Shown here: one piece after another, positions 26,856 to 38,200 of the stretch
How positions within the stretch are numbered: position 1 is the stretch's first letter
How the letters are laid out: the number at the start of each line of letters is the position of its first letter
DNA from: a virus
Lineage: Duplodnaviria > Caudoviricetes
Direction: 5' to 3' (one strand)
IMG/VR virus record: IMGVR_UViG_3300036713_000599
DNA: 64,000 bases
The notes under the pieces: model-generated
What the model saw: only the letters and a program-made list of their open reading frames with translations
Database searches by the model: none
What the model was told of the DNA's origin: nothing
Made by a program: the position numbers and the translations under genes

Positions 26856-28885
26856 TGGCTACCGGCGATTCTAAAATTCTCAAGGATATTGAAGCGACTG
26901 CTGATTATTACGGCCCTGCTGTATACTCCGAGCTTTTGACTTTCTATACGAGGCTGGAGAAGTCGAACGATATTCTGTCGAGTGAGTTCATTCCTCTGAC
27001 TGCGGCAAAAACGAGGAATCCACAGGCATCGAAGATCTTCGCGGTGGGGATAATCCCTCCTGCTGTGAACGTTACTGGTCGGATTCTTGATCGTTCTTCG
27101 AGCATTGCTCGCGAGGAAGGCGTGCCTGACATAGCTGCTCGTGAGGAAGGTGTGTCTAACATAGTTGGTCGAGAATCTTTAATTGATGGGAGCCGTGAAG
27201 CAGATCGTCGTGATGATAAAAATGGTGAAGTAAGCGCATCTTCGGATGCTCCGTGGGGAAGTTATATCCCGAGTTTGTCTGATGAGTTCTGGCTCCAATT
27301 TGTTGGAATGTGTAAACGTGTTGGTGCTGACCCCATAGATTGGGCTGCCATTATCTACAATGAGAGTGGGTTCAACCCTGCGGCCAAGAATTTTGGAGCT
27401 GACCTAAAGAAAGCTCGTCAGCGTAAAGAGGCTAATCAGCCCATTGCTGTCGGGTTGAGTCAGTTTATTTGGTCGTGTGGTAGGGGCACAGGTATGACTC
27501 GGGAGGAGTGGGAGAACCATGCCGATACTTCTGCTGAGGATCAGCTGATTTGGATGGAACGGTACATGAAACGCGTACGTATGCGGGGGAAGCGTGAATC
27601 TATGTACCCGAAGCACTTCGGAGGTTTGAGAAATCCGGACGGTAGTGCCTATGCGAGCATAGCGTTCCAGGAGTTTTTTGTAAAAAATCAGACCAAGTTA
27701 GGCCGCTATCCTCCAGGCACTACTCGATTTGATGTGTACCAACGATCAAACTTTCAACAGAGGGCGTTTGATCAAAATGTCACTCTCGCTACTGGCGGTG
27801 TGCTCACCCATGACGCGCTTTTGTCGAAAATAAAGGGACTCCCTCCTCAAAATGTTCGAATCAAAGTCCAACAGGCGTTGGAAGCCCTCGGTGATTCTAT
27901 TCCAGCAGCTCCTCTAGAGGTTCTCAATTCCGGAAATTCGGCGGATTGGGCTGCAAACGGCAGCAAGGACGCTAAGGCGGCTCGGGAAGAAAGAGAGAAG
28001 ACTAGGGGTACCCCTCTCAGCCAAAGAGATTTAGGCAAAAAGTACCAGGCGGCTCAAAGACAGCAAATAGCGGCTATGCAGTCGGCCTTGGAAGCGATGA
28101 GAAATGTTCCCCCTCTACGTTTGCTGGTGAATCCCCAGAAGTTCTCAGTCAAGGGCGCGAAGATTGTTTCGGACGGCAACTGGGGGCGACAAGGCCCTAT
28201 CATCGAATTCTGGGGGGACGACCAGGACAGTGTGTCGGCGTCTGGCCGTATCGCAGCTTTCTATGCGATGGACATCCACAATGCGGTTGGTCCTGGGCTT
28301 ACTCGTCAAGCTGCAAAGTTTTCGGAGTCGTGGCGAAACTTTATGTCTCTTTTCATGTTGTATCAAAACAATGCAGCTATGTGGCTCGATGATAGCATTT
28401 CCTCAGAGAGGGGCGTCAACAATCTCACTATCCTTGGATCGATCTACATTTACTACGACAATATCCTGTACATTGGGTCGTTCGATACCTTCAACATTAC
28501 GGAAGTCGATACCGCCCCCTTTTCGGTGGAATATAGCTTCGAGTTTAAGGTGCGAGCAGCTTACCTTTTGGACCGACCTGACAGCGAGAACAGTGCTTCG
28601 TATTCGGCCTCGCGTAGTTCTCAGGATCGGGGAACACCTGTGATCCCTACTTCTGGTCTAGGTGTGAACGACGCAGCCCTTTTCTCCTTGGCCGACACTG
28701 TTGGCGTTGATGCAGCAGATCAAGAGGACCCTGGCGGCCTTTCGCAGGAAGAGATTATTCGTAGAGTGACAGACCCCTCCTACAATGACCATATTTTGTC
28801 CGATCTTCCAGATTCAGGGAACGGTGAGGAATCTGCCGAATCTGAAGGACCCTCGGAAGAAGAAATCAATAGCTTATTTAGGTAA
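26855..28885 (+). CDS. Second tube-initiator paralog carrying a lytic transglycosylase (lysozyme-like) domain
   Basis: 676 aa. SLT-like motifs are AAIIYNESGFNP (catalytic Glu at 27362), GLSQF and SAEDQL. The C-terminal half aligns with the upstream 256-aa gene (LLVNPQ..., FWG.D, YIGSFDTFNITE.DTAPF..EYSFEFKV). Confidence 0.75.
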   Translation: MATGDSKILKDIEATADYYGPAVYSELLTFYTRLEKSNDILSSEFIPLTAAKTRNPQASKIFAVGIIPPAVNVTGRILDRSSSIAREEGVPDIAAREEGVSNIVGRESLIDGSREADRRDDKNGEVSASSDAPWGSYIPSLSDEFWLQFVGMCKRVGADPIDWAAIIYNESGFNPAAKNFGADLKKARQRKEANQPIAVGLSQFIWSCGRGTGMTREEWENHADTSAEDQLIWMERYMKRVRMRGKRESMYPKHFGGLRNPDGSAYASIAFQEFFVKNQTKLGRYPPGTTRFDVYQRSNFQQRAFDQNVTLATGGVLTHDALLSKIKGLPPQNVRIKVQQALEALGDSIPAAPLEVLNSGNSADWAANGSKDAKAAREEREKTRGTPLSQRDLGKKYQAAQRQQIAAMQSALEAMRNVPPLRLLVNPQKFSVKGAKIVSDGNWGRQGPIIEFWGDDQDSVSASGRIAAFYAMDIHNAVGPGLTRQAAKFSESWRNFMSLFMLYQNNAAMWLDDSISSERGVNNLTILGSIYIYYDNILYIGSFDTFNITEVDTAPFSVEYSFEFKVRAAYLLDRPDSENSASYSASRSSQDRGTPVIPTSGLGVNDAALFSLADTVGVDAADQEDPGGLSQEEIIRRVTDPSYNDHILSDLPDSGNGEESAESEGPSEEEINSLFR

Positions 28886-28887
28886 AC

Positions 28888-31800
28888 ATGGCACGAAGTC
28901 CATACCAGGGTACATACCAACACGGAATCCGGCCAACCGTTGTAACGGCTCCGGATGCTATTGTCTATCTCAATGGTGAGACCGACATCATTGGGTGTCC
29001 ACAATGTAAGCGTCGCTTTGCCTGGAATAAATATATCACGAGTATTCAGGTTGATCTTAATGTTCAGAGCGCTCCTGGATCTGCAAGCTTCACTTTATCC
29101 ATCCCACGCCACACAGTGGATGAGTTTTTCTTTGACGGCAATCCTCTCGTCACCCCAATGATGGAGGTGGAGATTTATGCGAAGGGGCACTTTGTAGTTG
29201 AAGGTGTCCCCCAATACTATCCTATTTTTTGGGGACTCGTGACAGAGGTGTCTCATAGTTTCTCGGGTGCCGAACACACTGTCAGTGTTAACTGTTCGGA
29301 CATTTTGAAGTGGTGGGAACTCTGTAAAATGAACATCAACCCTGCGTTCACACAGAGTGTTGGGCAGATGGGACGGAATCTGTTTGGCAACGTGTATTCA
29401 GGGGAAAATCCTTACGACATTATTTGGTCATTGGCCCAGCAAAGTTTTGGTGACGTTATCGTGGGTTCGGGGTCTCTATTAAGCTTGTACAAGGAGAATT
29501 CCCAAAGGGCTACGTTTAAGGCAGCTTTGGCGGATCTCATGGTGTATTGGGAGGAACGCTTCAGCCATATCCGCTCCAATCTTCTGCTTTATGGTACTCA
29601 AGGGAATGCTGTTCGAGGAGACGAGTTGCAGGCCATTTATGGTCCGGGAGGGTCGGCTCTCACTAAAAATGCCATCAGCCAAGCTGTGCGAAAGGCAAAT
29701 GGTGGGAGTGCGGGTAGCCAGATGGTATACGACCCTACTGACTCCCAGGTGACTGCTTTTCGAACACAGTTCATGAATGCCGGGCAGGTCAACTTTTGGC
29801 AGTCGGAATTTCAGACAAAGCTTGAGTTAGCGAATGCTGCAAAGGACTGTATTGGTTACGAGTTCTACATGGATGTGACGGGTGACATTGTTTTCAAGCC
29901 ACCTTTTTACAATGTGGACGTTCTGGGCAACAAGCCGGTGAGTTGGATCCAAGACATTGACGTCATCAGTTGGGATTTGTCGGAGTCTGAGGCAGAGGTT
30001 GTGACGCAGCTTCAGATCTCAGGTGCGTATGGTGGCAACATTGAGTACGGATTCGGGGAGGAGATGACCCCTGCCACGAGTGTCACTGATTATCACCTGC
30101 TTCGTAAGTATGGTTGGCGAGTCGAGACTTTCAACTCTGAGTTCATGGGTTCGACCCTGAGCATGTTCTATATGGGGCTTGACCTTCTTGATCGTATGAA
30201 CGCCCAACGATTCAGGGCTACTGTCACCATCCCGATGAGGGCTGAACTTCGCCTAGGCTTCCCTGTCTATCTTGCTTCACAGGACCAGATTTGGTATGTC
30301 ACGGGAATTTCACACAATCTTCAGTTTGGTGGGCAGGCTACGACGACTTTGAGTCTCACAGCTAAACGGACCAAATTTGTGGCCCCGAAGGGCATTGGTT
30401 CGCTTCGATTGGACAAGCTCAAGGGGGGACGGACATACACATCCAAGGGGACTCTAAATGAACCTACTCCGCCGGCTCGTGCGCTCAGGAACGCCACTTT
30501 TAAGGGCGATGTAGGTGAAGCCGCTCAGCTGCCCCCTACGAATTATCCTGAGAATCCAGGAGAGGCTGACCCCTATGAGCCTCTCATCCTTCGTCACCCA
30601 AAGACGGGTCGTCTTGTTGGTTACCCCAACGTCGTGATGGCCTACACGCGGCCATTCGCCCCGACACCTGAACAATATGGCAAGGTCGCGGGAAAGAGAA
30701 AGAAAGGTTCGGGTCGTGGAGCAAAACCCTCTTTCGATCCTAAAAAATTCAACGACGCTGCAAAAAAGATCGTTCAAGACGAATTTAACACTCAGTTTTT
30801 AGTAAATGACATTGATCGCGCAAGGGAAAGGTACTTGAATAACCGATTTGTTTACGGGTTGAACTCTGCTGGTGTATTCACTTACCTCCATGAGAGCACA
30901 AGTGTTATTAAAGAGATGCTCTTAATTCCAAAGCAGAATGTAGCATTCAAAGACGAGGATACGGGGAAAACCGAGAACCTTTTTCAGGGAAAGACTGCTA
31001 TGATTCGCCCCGTTTCCGATGAACGAGGCTTTGAAGTCATCGGCCATTACAAGTATGGTCGGAATGTCTCTCTTAGGGACGGGTCCCTTGTGCTCAATGA
31101 AACTGCTGAAAATCCTGGGGCCCTTAATAGTCGGGCAGAAGTGCGACCACAAGTGGCTCTGACAGGCGGCCTTACCGAGACGCTCCAGGCACAGTCTCAG
31201 GGCCTTGTGACTGTCAATACGGGGTTCCCCAACCCCTCTAGGATGCTTGCCACTCTTCGACCGGATGACCTGCAGACGGCCGGTGTTGTTAATCCGGAGA
31301 CAGGGGACCCAGAATTCGTCAACACGGACACGAATTTCATTGATGTCGCCCCTCTTGGAACCGCAGCCCAGAAAGGAACTAATGTCTCGGTAGAAGCGTC
31401 GCAGTTGTCGAGAGCTTTAACTTTAGCTGAGTTGAGCGTCAAGACAGAAGAGGCCAATCCTGGTGAATGTGGGTGCTTGCTTGGTCGAAGTGATCTTGCG
31501 TTCATCAATGTTGGTTATCAGGTAAAGGTGCTCAACTCCTCTGCTCCCGATAAAAGCTCGTTGTCTTTCGGCCAAGGAGGGGTCACACAGACCTCTACCA
31601 AAGATGATGAAATTTTCAGTGGAGTTAGTAATTACGTGGAATCTTCCCTGAGCGAGTACCCTGGCTTCGGTGAGTTGTCTCAGGAGGATCAAGAGGCGCT
31701 GCGTTCCAAGTTTCAGAACGAAGGGTACCAGATTCAGGCAAAAGCACGAGGAAGCAGTGTAGAGCGTGTTCAAGAGTCCTATAATAAGGGGCTTTTAAGA

Positions 31801-32460
31801 GACGTTGAAATTAGGGAATACGCTGAACTCACGGGGCAGAGTTACGAGGATGTGACCTACCAGTTTAGTGCGGGTGAATTGGACGTAGACCTTAATACCC
31901 GGCCTGTAGCAGCCACGATCATGAGTCGAGAGGAGACGGTCTCAAAGATCGAGGAATACCTCGCAACACTCTACCGAGTACTCGACGGCCCTCATCAGGA
32001 GTTCGAGAAGACCATTCGGGGTGAGCTGGTAGAAGGGCCTCCAGTGAATGCGGAGGAAGTCCGCTTTGGTCGCGGATTTAATCCTCAGGATGAGGGCGGT
32101 TTCAAGCCACCGTTCAACCCAATGGGTCGTGAACGTGGAGGCGATCTTGATGCTATTGCTCAGCAGGGCAGTTCGGCTCGTCAGGACTTGCAGAAAAGCT
32201 TCGAGGAATTTGGGGATAAGCTCAAAGCCGGCTCAAAGCGTACCGAGTTGGAAGGGCGGAAGCGTTCGTTAGAGGAACGTGTTCTCGATCTTCGTGCTGC
32301 GGTTAAAGAGAGGGAAGAATTCCTGGACGCGGAGGGCACCCTCGTCACCAGTACCGCTTCGACTCTTGAGGACCTTGAAAGGGCGTTGGCAGATGCTGAG
32401 CAGGATCTTCGAGATGTCGCCCAAGAATTGAACGTTCTTAATAAGGAATTTCCGCAATAA
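28888..32460 (+). CDS. Baseplate hub protein (gp27/gp44/VgrG-N-like), extended
   Basis: 1190 aa. Hub-type motifs include KLELANAAKDCIGYEFYMDVTGDIVFKPPFYN, LLRKYGWR and ATVTIPMRAELRLGFPVY...YVTGISHNL. It has an N-terminal CPQC and a coiled-coil C-terminus. Confidence 0.75.
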   Translation: MARSPYQGTYQHGIRPTVVTAPDAIVYLNGETDIIGCPQCKRRFAWNKYITSIQVDLNVQSAPGSASFTLSIPRHTVDEFFFDGNPLVTPMMEVEIYAKGHFVVEGVPQYYPIFWGLVTEVSHSFSGAEHTVSVNCSDILKWWELCKMNINPAFTQSVGQMGRNLFGNVYSGENPYDIIWSLAQQSFGDVIVGSGSLLSLYKENSQRATFKAALADLMVYWEERFSHIRSNLLLYGTQGNAVRGDELQAIYGPGGSALTKNAISQAVRKANGGSAGSQMVYDPTDSQVTAFRTQFMNAGQVNFWQSEFQTKLELANAAKDCIGYEFYMDVTGDIVFKPPFYNVDVLGNKPVSWIQDIDVISWDLSESEAEVVTQLQISGAYGGNIEYGFGEEMTPATSVTDYHLLRKYGWRVETFNSEFMGSTLSMFYMGLDLLDRMNAQRFRATVTIPMRAELRLGFPVYLASQDQIWYVTGISHNLQFGGQATTTLSLTAKRTKFVAPKGIGSLRLDKLKGGRTYTSKGTLNEPTPPARALRNATFKGDVGEAAQLPPTNYPENPGEADPYEPLILRHPKTGRLVGYPNVVMAYTRPFAPTPEQYGKVAGKRKKGSGRGAKPSFDPKKFNDAAKKIVQDEFNTQFLVNDIDRARERYLNNRFVYGLNSAGVFTYLHESTSVIKEMLLIPKQNVAFKDEDTGKTENLFQGKTAMIRPVSDERGFEVIGHYKYGRNVSLRDGSLVLNETAENPGALNSRAEVRPQVALTGGLTETLQAQSQGLVTVNTGFPNPSRMLATLRPDDLQTAGVVNPETGDPEFVNTDTNFIDVAPLGTAAQKGTNVSVEASQLSRALTLAELSVKTEEANPGECGCLLGRSDLAFINVGYQVKVLNSSAPDKSSLSFGQGGVTQTSTKDDEIFSGVSNYVESSLSEYPGFGELSQEDQEALRSKFQNEGYQIQAKARGSSVERVQESYNKGLLRDVEIREYAELTGQSYEDVTYQFSAGELDVDLNTRPVAATIMSREETVSKIEEYLATLYRVLDGPHQEFEKTIRGELVEGPPVNAEEVRFGRGFNPQDEGGFKPPFNPMGRERGGDLDAIAQQGSSARQDLQKSFEEFGDKLKAGSKRTELEGRKRSLEERVLDLRAAVKEREEFLDAEGTLVTSTASTLEDLERALADAEQDLRDVAQELNVLNKEFPQ

Positions 32461-34649
32461 TGTTCAGTAGCCAGCCTAAGCGGCCCGTCGGAACCATTCC
32501 AAGGAAGGACTTCTTCGACCCTACCAAGGTCGAAGGGACTCGTGTTGGTATCATCACTCGTGTTGACGAGATCAACATGAAAGCCGACGTCAAAATCCTA
32601 ACAGGCGGTGGGTGGCGCCTAGAGGTGGATATTGGTCAGGCAATGGCCGGGCCTCGCTCCTTTTGGGGTGGTGTGCCTGAAGTCAATTCTATCTGTATTC
32701 TTGGTTTTCGTAGTATTCACAAGAACTTGAATGAAGCCGTCATCCTTGGCTTTATCCCGGTGGGGAACCGTAGTGGGTTGCGTTTTGATCCCTTCACGGC
32801 GGTGGATCCTGCTGAAGTCGCAGATGGTGACGAGGCTATTTACAGAGAGCTTGTAGGGCCTACTATTCGGTACAAAAGGCTCCTGATGAAGCCTGGCAAT
32901 GTCGGTGGCATGTCTTCTGATGGAGCTGAACTGGTTCTGTCGAAAGATGTGGCGATGACCAATCGCGCTGGCGACTTGTTGGAGCTGCGTGATTCGGAGA
33001 GAACACTGGTTGCTCAGGCCATCCATAGAGTGCAGACAGAGAGTGGTGTGCGGCTCGTCTCAGGGCCGGCTCGTCGAAGTGCTTTTTTCCTGCCTCCTGA
33101 TATCCTCAAGGAGGACGGTACTCTGAAAGAAGTCACGGAGGACTATTTCGATTCGGATAATTACTTTGGCCGGGATGAGCTACAGGCAGCAGGTCCAGGT
33201 ACTGAGGGTGAGATCTACAGGTTCGCTGATTCTAGTGGTAACCTCAACTCCCTGTTTAATTCGACAAGGGAGTTTCCCGCTGTCGTCTACTCGAACGGTA
33301 AGCAGGTGCATTACCCTCCTTCCCTGCGACCGGACTTGAGCTTGGAGGATCCGAACAGCCCCGCAGACGCCCTCGTGGAACATCGTATGGAGATGTCCCA
33401 TACTTCCAACCTTACTCACGAAGTGCTTGAGCAGGTGGACGGATTCTCTTCTGATCGACGTCCACCTTACATTGAGCGCGTCTACGGCACTGTCGTGGGA
33501 AATGATATGACCTCGTCCCGAGGTCAGCGACAGTACGGTAAGATTCTAACACCGCGTATTTTCTCCGAATTCACTAAGCATGGGCCGGGTAAATTCCAAT
33601 TAGATGAGATCGATCGAGTTGGGGCGGAAGAGGTGGATACGACGGCGGGAGCCTTCCTTTTTCGGATCCGTCCTCCCCGAGGTCGGGGCGATAACCATTT
33701 CGTCGCAGCGGTGACTAAGGAAGGCAAGGCTATACTCAATGTTCCAGCATCTGGGTCGGAAGCCTACGCTAGCGGCACGAATAAGGTTTCCGTTGAGGCA
33801 AACCTAGCGGGAGCCCTCAAAGCATACATCGGGGCATCTACTCCCGACCGAATCTCCGCCCACCTTACGCTTGCTGGCGGTCTTCATCTGGATATTGGGC
33901 GAGATGCTCAAGGCAATGTGATTACGACCAATTTTCGCGGTGCTGTGAGACAGACATTCACCGGGAACCCCAATGAGGAAGATGCGGCCTTGGCTATTGA
34001 GGTCAAGGGTATCAAAAAGGTTGCCATCTCGGGGGCTGAGCAAAAGAGCATCTCGGGATCCAAGGTCACTTTCGTTAACGGCCTGAACCGATCCGAAGCG
34101 GATAGGACGGAAATCAACTCACATTCGGGCTACACTCTCAACACTGGTGAAATGAATCAGCTGGTGGCTGGGAAGACTCAGCTTAATTACGCTCTTCAGG
34201 TGTTGGAGAACATTGTGGCGGGAGGGAAGCTCTCTACTATCCTTGCAGGAGCTAAGATTACCAACGTGCTCGCAGGGGCGATGACCTACAACGTTGCGGC
34301 AGGAGCCACCTCTTTTCTCAATCCAGCCGGAGCTTTTAGCGTCAATGTGGGATCTGGTGCCATCAATGCTGCGACAGGGGCTGGAGCCGTGGCAGTATCG
34401 ACCGCGGCAGGAGCCATGTCCTTGGCGGCGGGAGCAGGAGCCATGTCCTTGGCATCTGGGCTTGCTCTCAATATTGCCGCTGGTGGCATTGCTAGTACTT
34501 TAGGTGCTGTCATTAACCTGGGAGGAGCTGCCACCCCTGGGGCTCTCGGGGTAGCTCGTGGTGCTCCAGCTTTGCCTCCGAACGCCCCTACTCTGGATCC
34601 TATTACCGGCTCACCTGTTTTAGGTGCTGCGGTGGTGTTGGCGAGTTGA
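32460..34649 (+). CDS. Central spike protein (gp5/gpV-like OB fold plus beta-helix)
   Basis: 729 aa. The N-terminal OB-like segment is RVGIITRVD....KADVK...FWGGVPEVNSICILGF. The C-terminus has ~9-residue A-G-A periodic repeats. Confidence 0.7.
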   Translation: MFSSQPKRPVGTIPRKDFFDPTKVEGTRVGIITRVDEINMKADVKILTGGGWRLEVDIGQAMAGPRSFWGGVPEVNSICILGFRSIHKNLNEAVILGFIPVGNRSGLRFDPFTAVDPAEVADGDEAIYRELVGPTIRYKRLLMKPGNVGGMSSDGAELVLSKDVAMTNRAGDLLELRDSERTLVAQAIHRVQTESGVRLVSGPARRSAFFLPPDILKEDGTLKEVTEDYFDSDNYFGRDELQAAGPGTEGEIYRFADSSGNLNSLFNSTREFPAVVYSNGKQVHYPPSLRPDLSLEDPNSPADALVEHRMEMSHTSNLTHEVLEQVDGFSSDRRPPYIERVYGTVVGNDMTSSRGQRQYGKILTPRIFSEFTKHGPGKFQLDEIDRVGAEEVDTTAGAFLFRIRPPRGRGDNHFVAAVTKEGKAILNVPASGSEAYASGTNKVSVEANLAGALKAYIGASTPDRISAHLTLAGGLHLDIGRDAQGNVITTNFRGAVRQTFTGNPNEEDAALAIEVKGIKKVAISGAEQKSISGSKVTFVNGLNRSEADRTEINSHSGYTLNTGEMNQLVAGKTQLNYALQVLENIVAGGKLSTILAGAKITNVLAGAMTYNVAAGATSFLNPAGAFSVNVGSGAINAATGAGAVAVSTAAGAMSLAAGAGAMSLASGLALNIAAGGIASTLGAVINLGGAATPGALGVARGAPALPPNAPTLDPITGSPVLGAAVVLAS
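34407..34453 (+). repeat. 20-bp direct repeat at 27-nt period in the spike beta-helix
   Basis: GCAGGAGCCATGTCCTTGGC occurs at 34407-34426 and 34434-34453, encoding AGAMSLA twice. Confidence 0.85.
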
Positions 34650-35221
34650 TGCCTGTCGCTGTCCCAGCGATGACTTCTGTCATTGCACCAAACCTATTAT
34701 CCGTAGGTTTGGTCGGCACAGATACACCTCGACTTGCGTCAGGAGTAGCAAACGGTCTTCAACAGTGGGTGCCCACCGTACAGGTTACAACTTCAGATAC
34801 AGGCTCTCTTGGGGTAGGTACTAATGTTCCACTGCCTTTGCCTATTCCACAACCGGCTTTGTTTGCCTCCCTCATGGGAACTATCCCAGCGGCAGGCCTC
34901 ACAGGGACTATGATGCCTTTGCTTGTGGCTGGTTTGTCCAATGGATTGTCCTTAGCATTTCTTCAAATGCTCATAACAACGACCCATCCAACTATTGGTT
35001 CAGGTGCAGGGGTGGCAAAATTCTTAGCTCCCTCCTGCTCAGGGCCTATGATTGAGGGGTTTTTGGCAGCAGGGCTTGTAGGAGACTCCATGCCCCGCCT
35101 TGCTGGTGCGATCGGTCTCGCCCTCGACTCGACTTTCGCGAGTCTTGCTATTCCGATCGCTATAGTAGGATCGGCCTCCCCTTCCGGCGGAGTCGGAACA
35201 GGATCCGGTAAAATCCTATAA
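34649..35221 (+). CDS. Small hydrophobic G/A/P-rich protein after the spike (possible spike tip)
   Basis: ATG 34649 overlaps the spike stop (TGATG), giving 190 aa. It has no PAAR motif. The call rests on position only. Confidence 0.55.
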   Translation: MPVAVPAMTSVIAPNLLSVGLVGTDTPRLASGVANGLQQWVPTVQVTTSDTGSLGVGTNVPLPLPIPQPALFASLMGTIPAAGLTGTMMPLLVAGLSNGLSLAFLQMLITTTHPTIGSGAGVAKFLAPSCSGPMIEGFLAAGLVGDSMPRLAGAIGLALDSTFASLAIPIAIVGSASPSGGVGTGSGKIL

Positions 35222-35252
35222 GATGAAAATGAAAGCTATAATGAGGTGATCT

Positions 35253-38200
35253 GTGGGTGGTCTTTCAATCACTGGCTACGTATTGGAGCCTCCCCGAGTC
35301 GGAGCGGCAAACAGTGCGTTCACTTCGACACCGAACGTATACATTTCGAATCAGGCAGCGTTTGACGCAGCCTACCCCTCCAATGAATCGGCCCCGAGAA
35401 CAGAGTACCATGTCTTTGTCTTGGTGGACGGAGACTTTCCCGATTGTACCTTCTGTTGGACCAAGAACGAGATTGTCAATCGCTTTGACTATGACGGGCG
35501 GCAGCAGAGATTTCGTACCCTGCCTGGGTCAGTCTTGGATGAACTTGGGGACCTCGGGCCGGATTCGAACACGAATAGGCTCGTAGTCGCAATTCCTGCT
35601 TCTTCTGACCTTGTTTTGGATCCTGTGAGGGTGTCGGTAGGATCGGGGATTGGGACGGCGTTTACGGTCGTTCTAGTGGCCCTAGACGTCGATTTGAATA
35701 ATCCTGACCCTCCGGTGGGGACTGTACAGATTTCTCAGGAGTCCGGAAGTTTGGGTTGGGCACCCGCAGACCTTGGGACCTTTAATGTTCAGCCGGTGAG
35801 GTTCCAACGTCAGAGCTTTTATACGAGGAGTGAGTCCAGTGGTAGGCTTGGGGCTATTGAGGACACGCTGCTCTTGAACCCTCTTCCTGCCACAGGGCAG
35901 TTCCCCCTTATCCGTATCGGTTTTCAGGAGTATCTCACACCTGTGGAAGTAGCTTCTCTTGGCCTTCCTGCGTCTGGTACCGTCGAATGGGACAGGGGCA
36001 CGGGAGAGCTGAGATTTAGTGCGACCGATGCTGCTACCTATGCAGGCGAATTCGTCTATTACGATGGTTCTGTATTTTCTTTCGGGCAGACAGTGTCGGT
36101 CACGGCCTTGGGTACGGTGGGCTCCCCGGGAAGTCTTTCTCCGGTTCCTCCTGAGGAGAGTGACTTGTTTTTTAGGGTTCCAGGTGTGGTGCAGTTCGCT
36201 GAGACAACGTACGTTGGCTCCTTTAGTGCGACAGGTAAGCGAGGGGTGGTTGAGGTTGATCGAGGGACGGGGGCGGTTCAATTCTCAGCGGCCGACCAAG
36301 CAGCTTACGGTTCTGAGAGTGTTCAGGCTATTGTAGCTGACCTCGACGTGGAAAGAGGCATGACGCTTCGGATGTTCCGCACGCCAGTCGATTTGGCTGC
36401 TACGGATCCGACAACGATCGATGTCACAGCTTTTCACTCGACGGAGGGAGCTTCTTGGGCGGACCCTGTTATTGGAGCACCGTCGGTCAACTTGCCGGCC
36501 ACACCGGTGGAAGGAAGACCCTTGGAGGTTCGCATAGCTCAAGGGACGGGAACCTTTCCTGCGGGAACCTTTCCTGACCTTGACGTCGCTTCGCCTCCTT
36601 CAGGCTATGGTTACGTTTTTGACCTAGACGAAGGTGTCCTGAATTACGCCCGCCGGCAGAATGGGCAGATTGTCTCGGCTTCAAGCGTGGGTAATTTCCG
36701 CCTTCGGGTGTCAGGGCCTTATGGTTCGCTTCAGCTTCCAAATCCTCTCGTCTTCGAGGAGCAGTTCGCACTGGAACTGGAAGATACAGCAGGTGGGGGA
36801 GCTGCCTACCCGTCCACTGTTGGGTGGACGAACTTGGTCCTCGGTGAAACAGCTCTGTTTGACTACACGAGCGGGCTTATCACGTTCGTAAATACTGAGG
36901 GAGTGTTGTACGCTAACGGAGGTGGAGACTTTTCTGGGACCATCTTCACCGACACTGACCAAGATTTTGTGGCAGCTGGAGTCCAGTCGGGGGATCTGCT
37001 CATTGTCACCACAGGGGTGGCTCAAGGTGTGTATACCGTCGACGCTGTAGGGACTACATCTTTGACGGTGGACGTCAGTGGTGGTGTGGAATCCGACCTT
37101 GTGTACGAGGTTCGGAGGGGAAGTGAGATTCTTGCAGACAGGTACTTTGAGAACATTTCGGACGTGGACCCGAATACGGTGGTCGAGCGCTTGATCAATA
37201 TGGGTGTGACGCAAGCGGGCTCTTCCATCGACACTACGTACATCGATAGCTATAGGTTTCGTTTTGGTACTTCGACGTTTTCCACTTCAGTGACAAAAGT
37301 TGCCAATGCAGGGGCTTTTACGCCTCCAGCGTCTTTAGGTGCAGGGGAAGTTGAAATAGCTGAAGATACTGGTGAGGTCAACTTTAGCCAAACGGACATC
37401 GACGCAGGGTTTGATGTTTATTCGGCTAGAGCCCTCACTCTCGGGGTTGATTACGAGATACAGTCGGCCTTGGGGCTCATCAGCTTTACGGATCGGATGC
37501 TCGAAAACGAAGAAGTGTTCGTTACCTACGCCGTGCTAGACGAGGATAACAAGGTCATCGTGGAAGAGAGGGGCCGGTTTATTGTCAGGAAAGAGGTCAC
37601 GCAGGACCATCCTTCAGCGACAGACACGCTTGGCTTCAACCCTCTTGGTAGGGAGATTGCGGACGAACCCTCTCCTGAGGCATTCCGCGGAGGGCGCCCT
37701 CAGAGCAGTTCGCAGGTGACCTTCGACCTTACAGCGTCCACTGTCCGATTCTTGTCAGACAGCCAAGTGACGGACGCCCTGCCTCACGGTAGTAGCGTAC
37801 AGCCTACGGAGAGGGTGTACGTTGATTACTACGTTTACGGTGCCGTTGGTGGGGAGAAAAACTTTACGGTCCTTCGGGCGCCTATGTTTGGGCCGGTGGT
37901 GAATATCGAGGCAGACGAGACTGAGTTCACCGTTATTGGTGACCGGACATCGGACCTCATCTCGAATAGGCTCATGAGGTTAGATGGCACGGAAATTTAC
38001 CTCATTGGAGCTTCGACCTATAATCTCACTAACGACACGACCACAGTCGTTCTGGCGTCACCTCAGGTTTTTCGATCGGACCTTCTCAATCCGTCGGTAG
38101 AGGTCACCTCTGGAGAAGTACGCGTCAACACTGTAGGATTTTTCCCTTCGTACTTCGTCACAGAGATATCCTCCTGGCCGGCTGTTCCGAGAGGGGCCAA

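Noticed and set aside
1081-35240. Purine-rich GATGAA(A/G)A tracts before several genes (about 1090, 6815, 20118, 20211, 35221)
   Set aside because: They are low-complexity and overlap RBS or start contexts, so I cannot separate them from ordinary purine-rich leaders.
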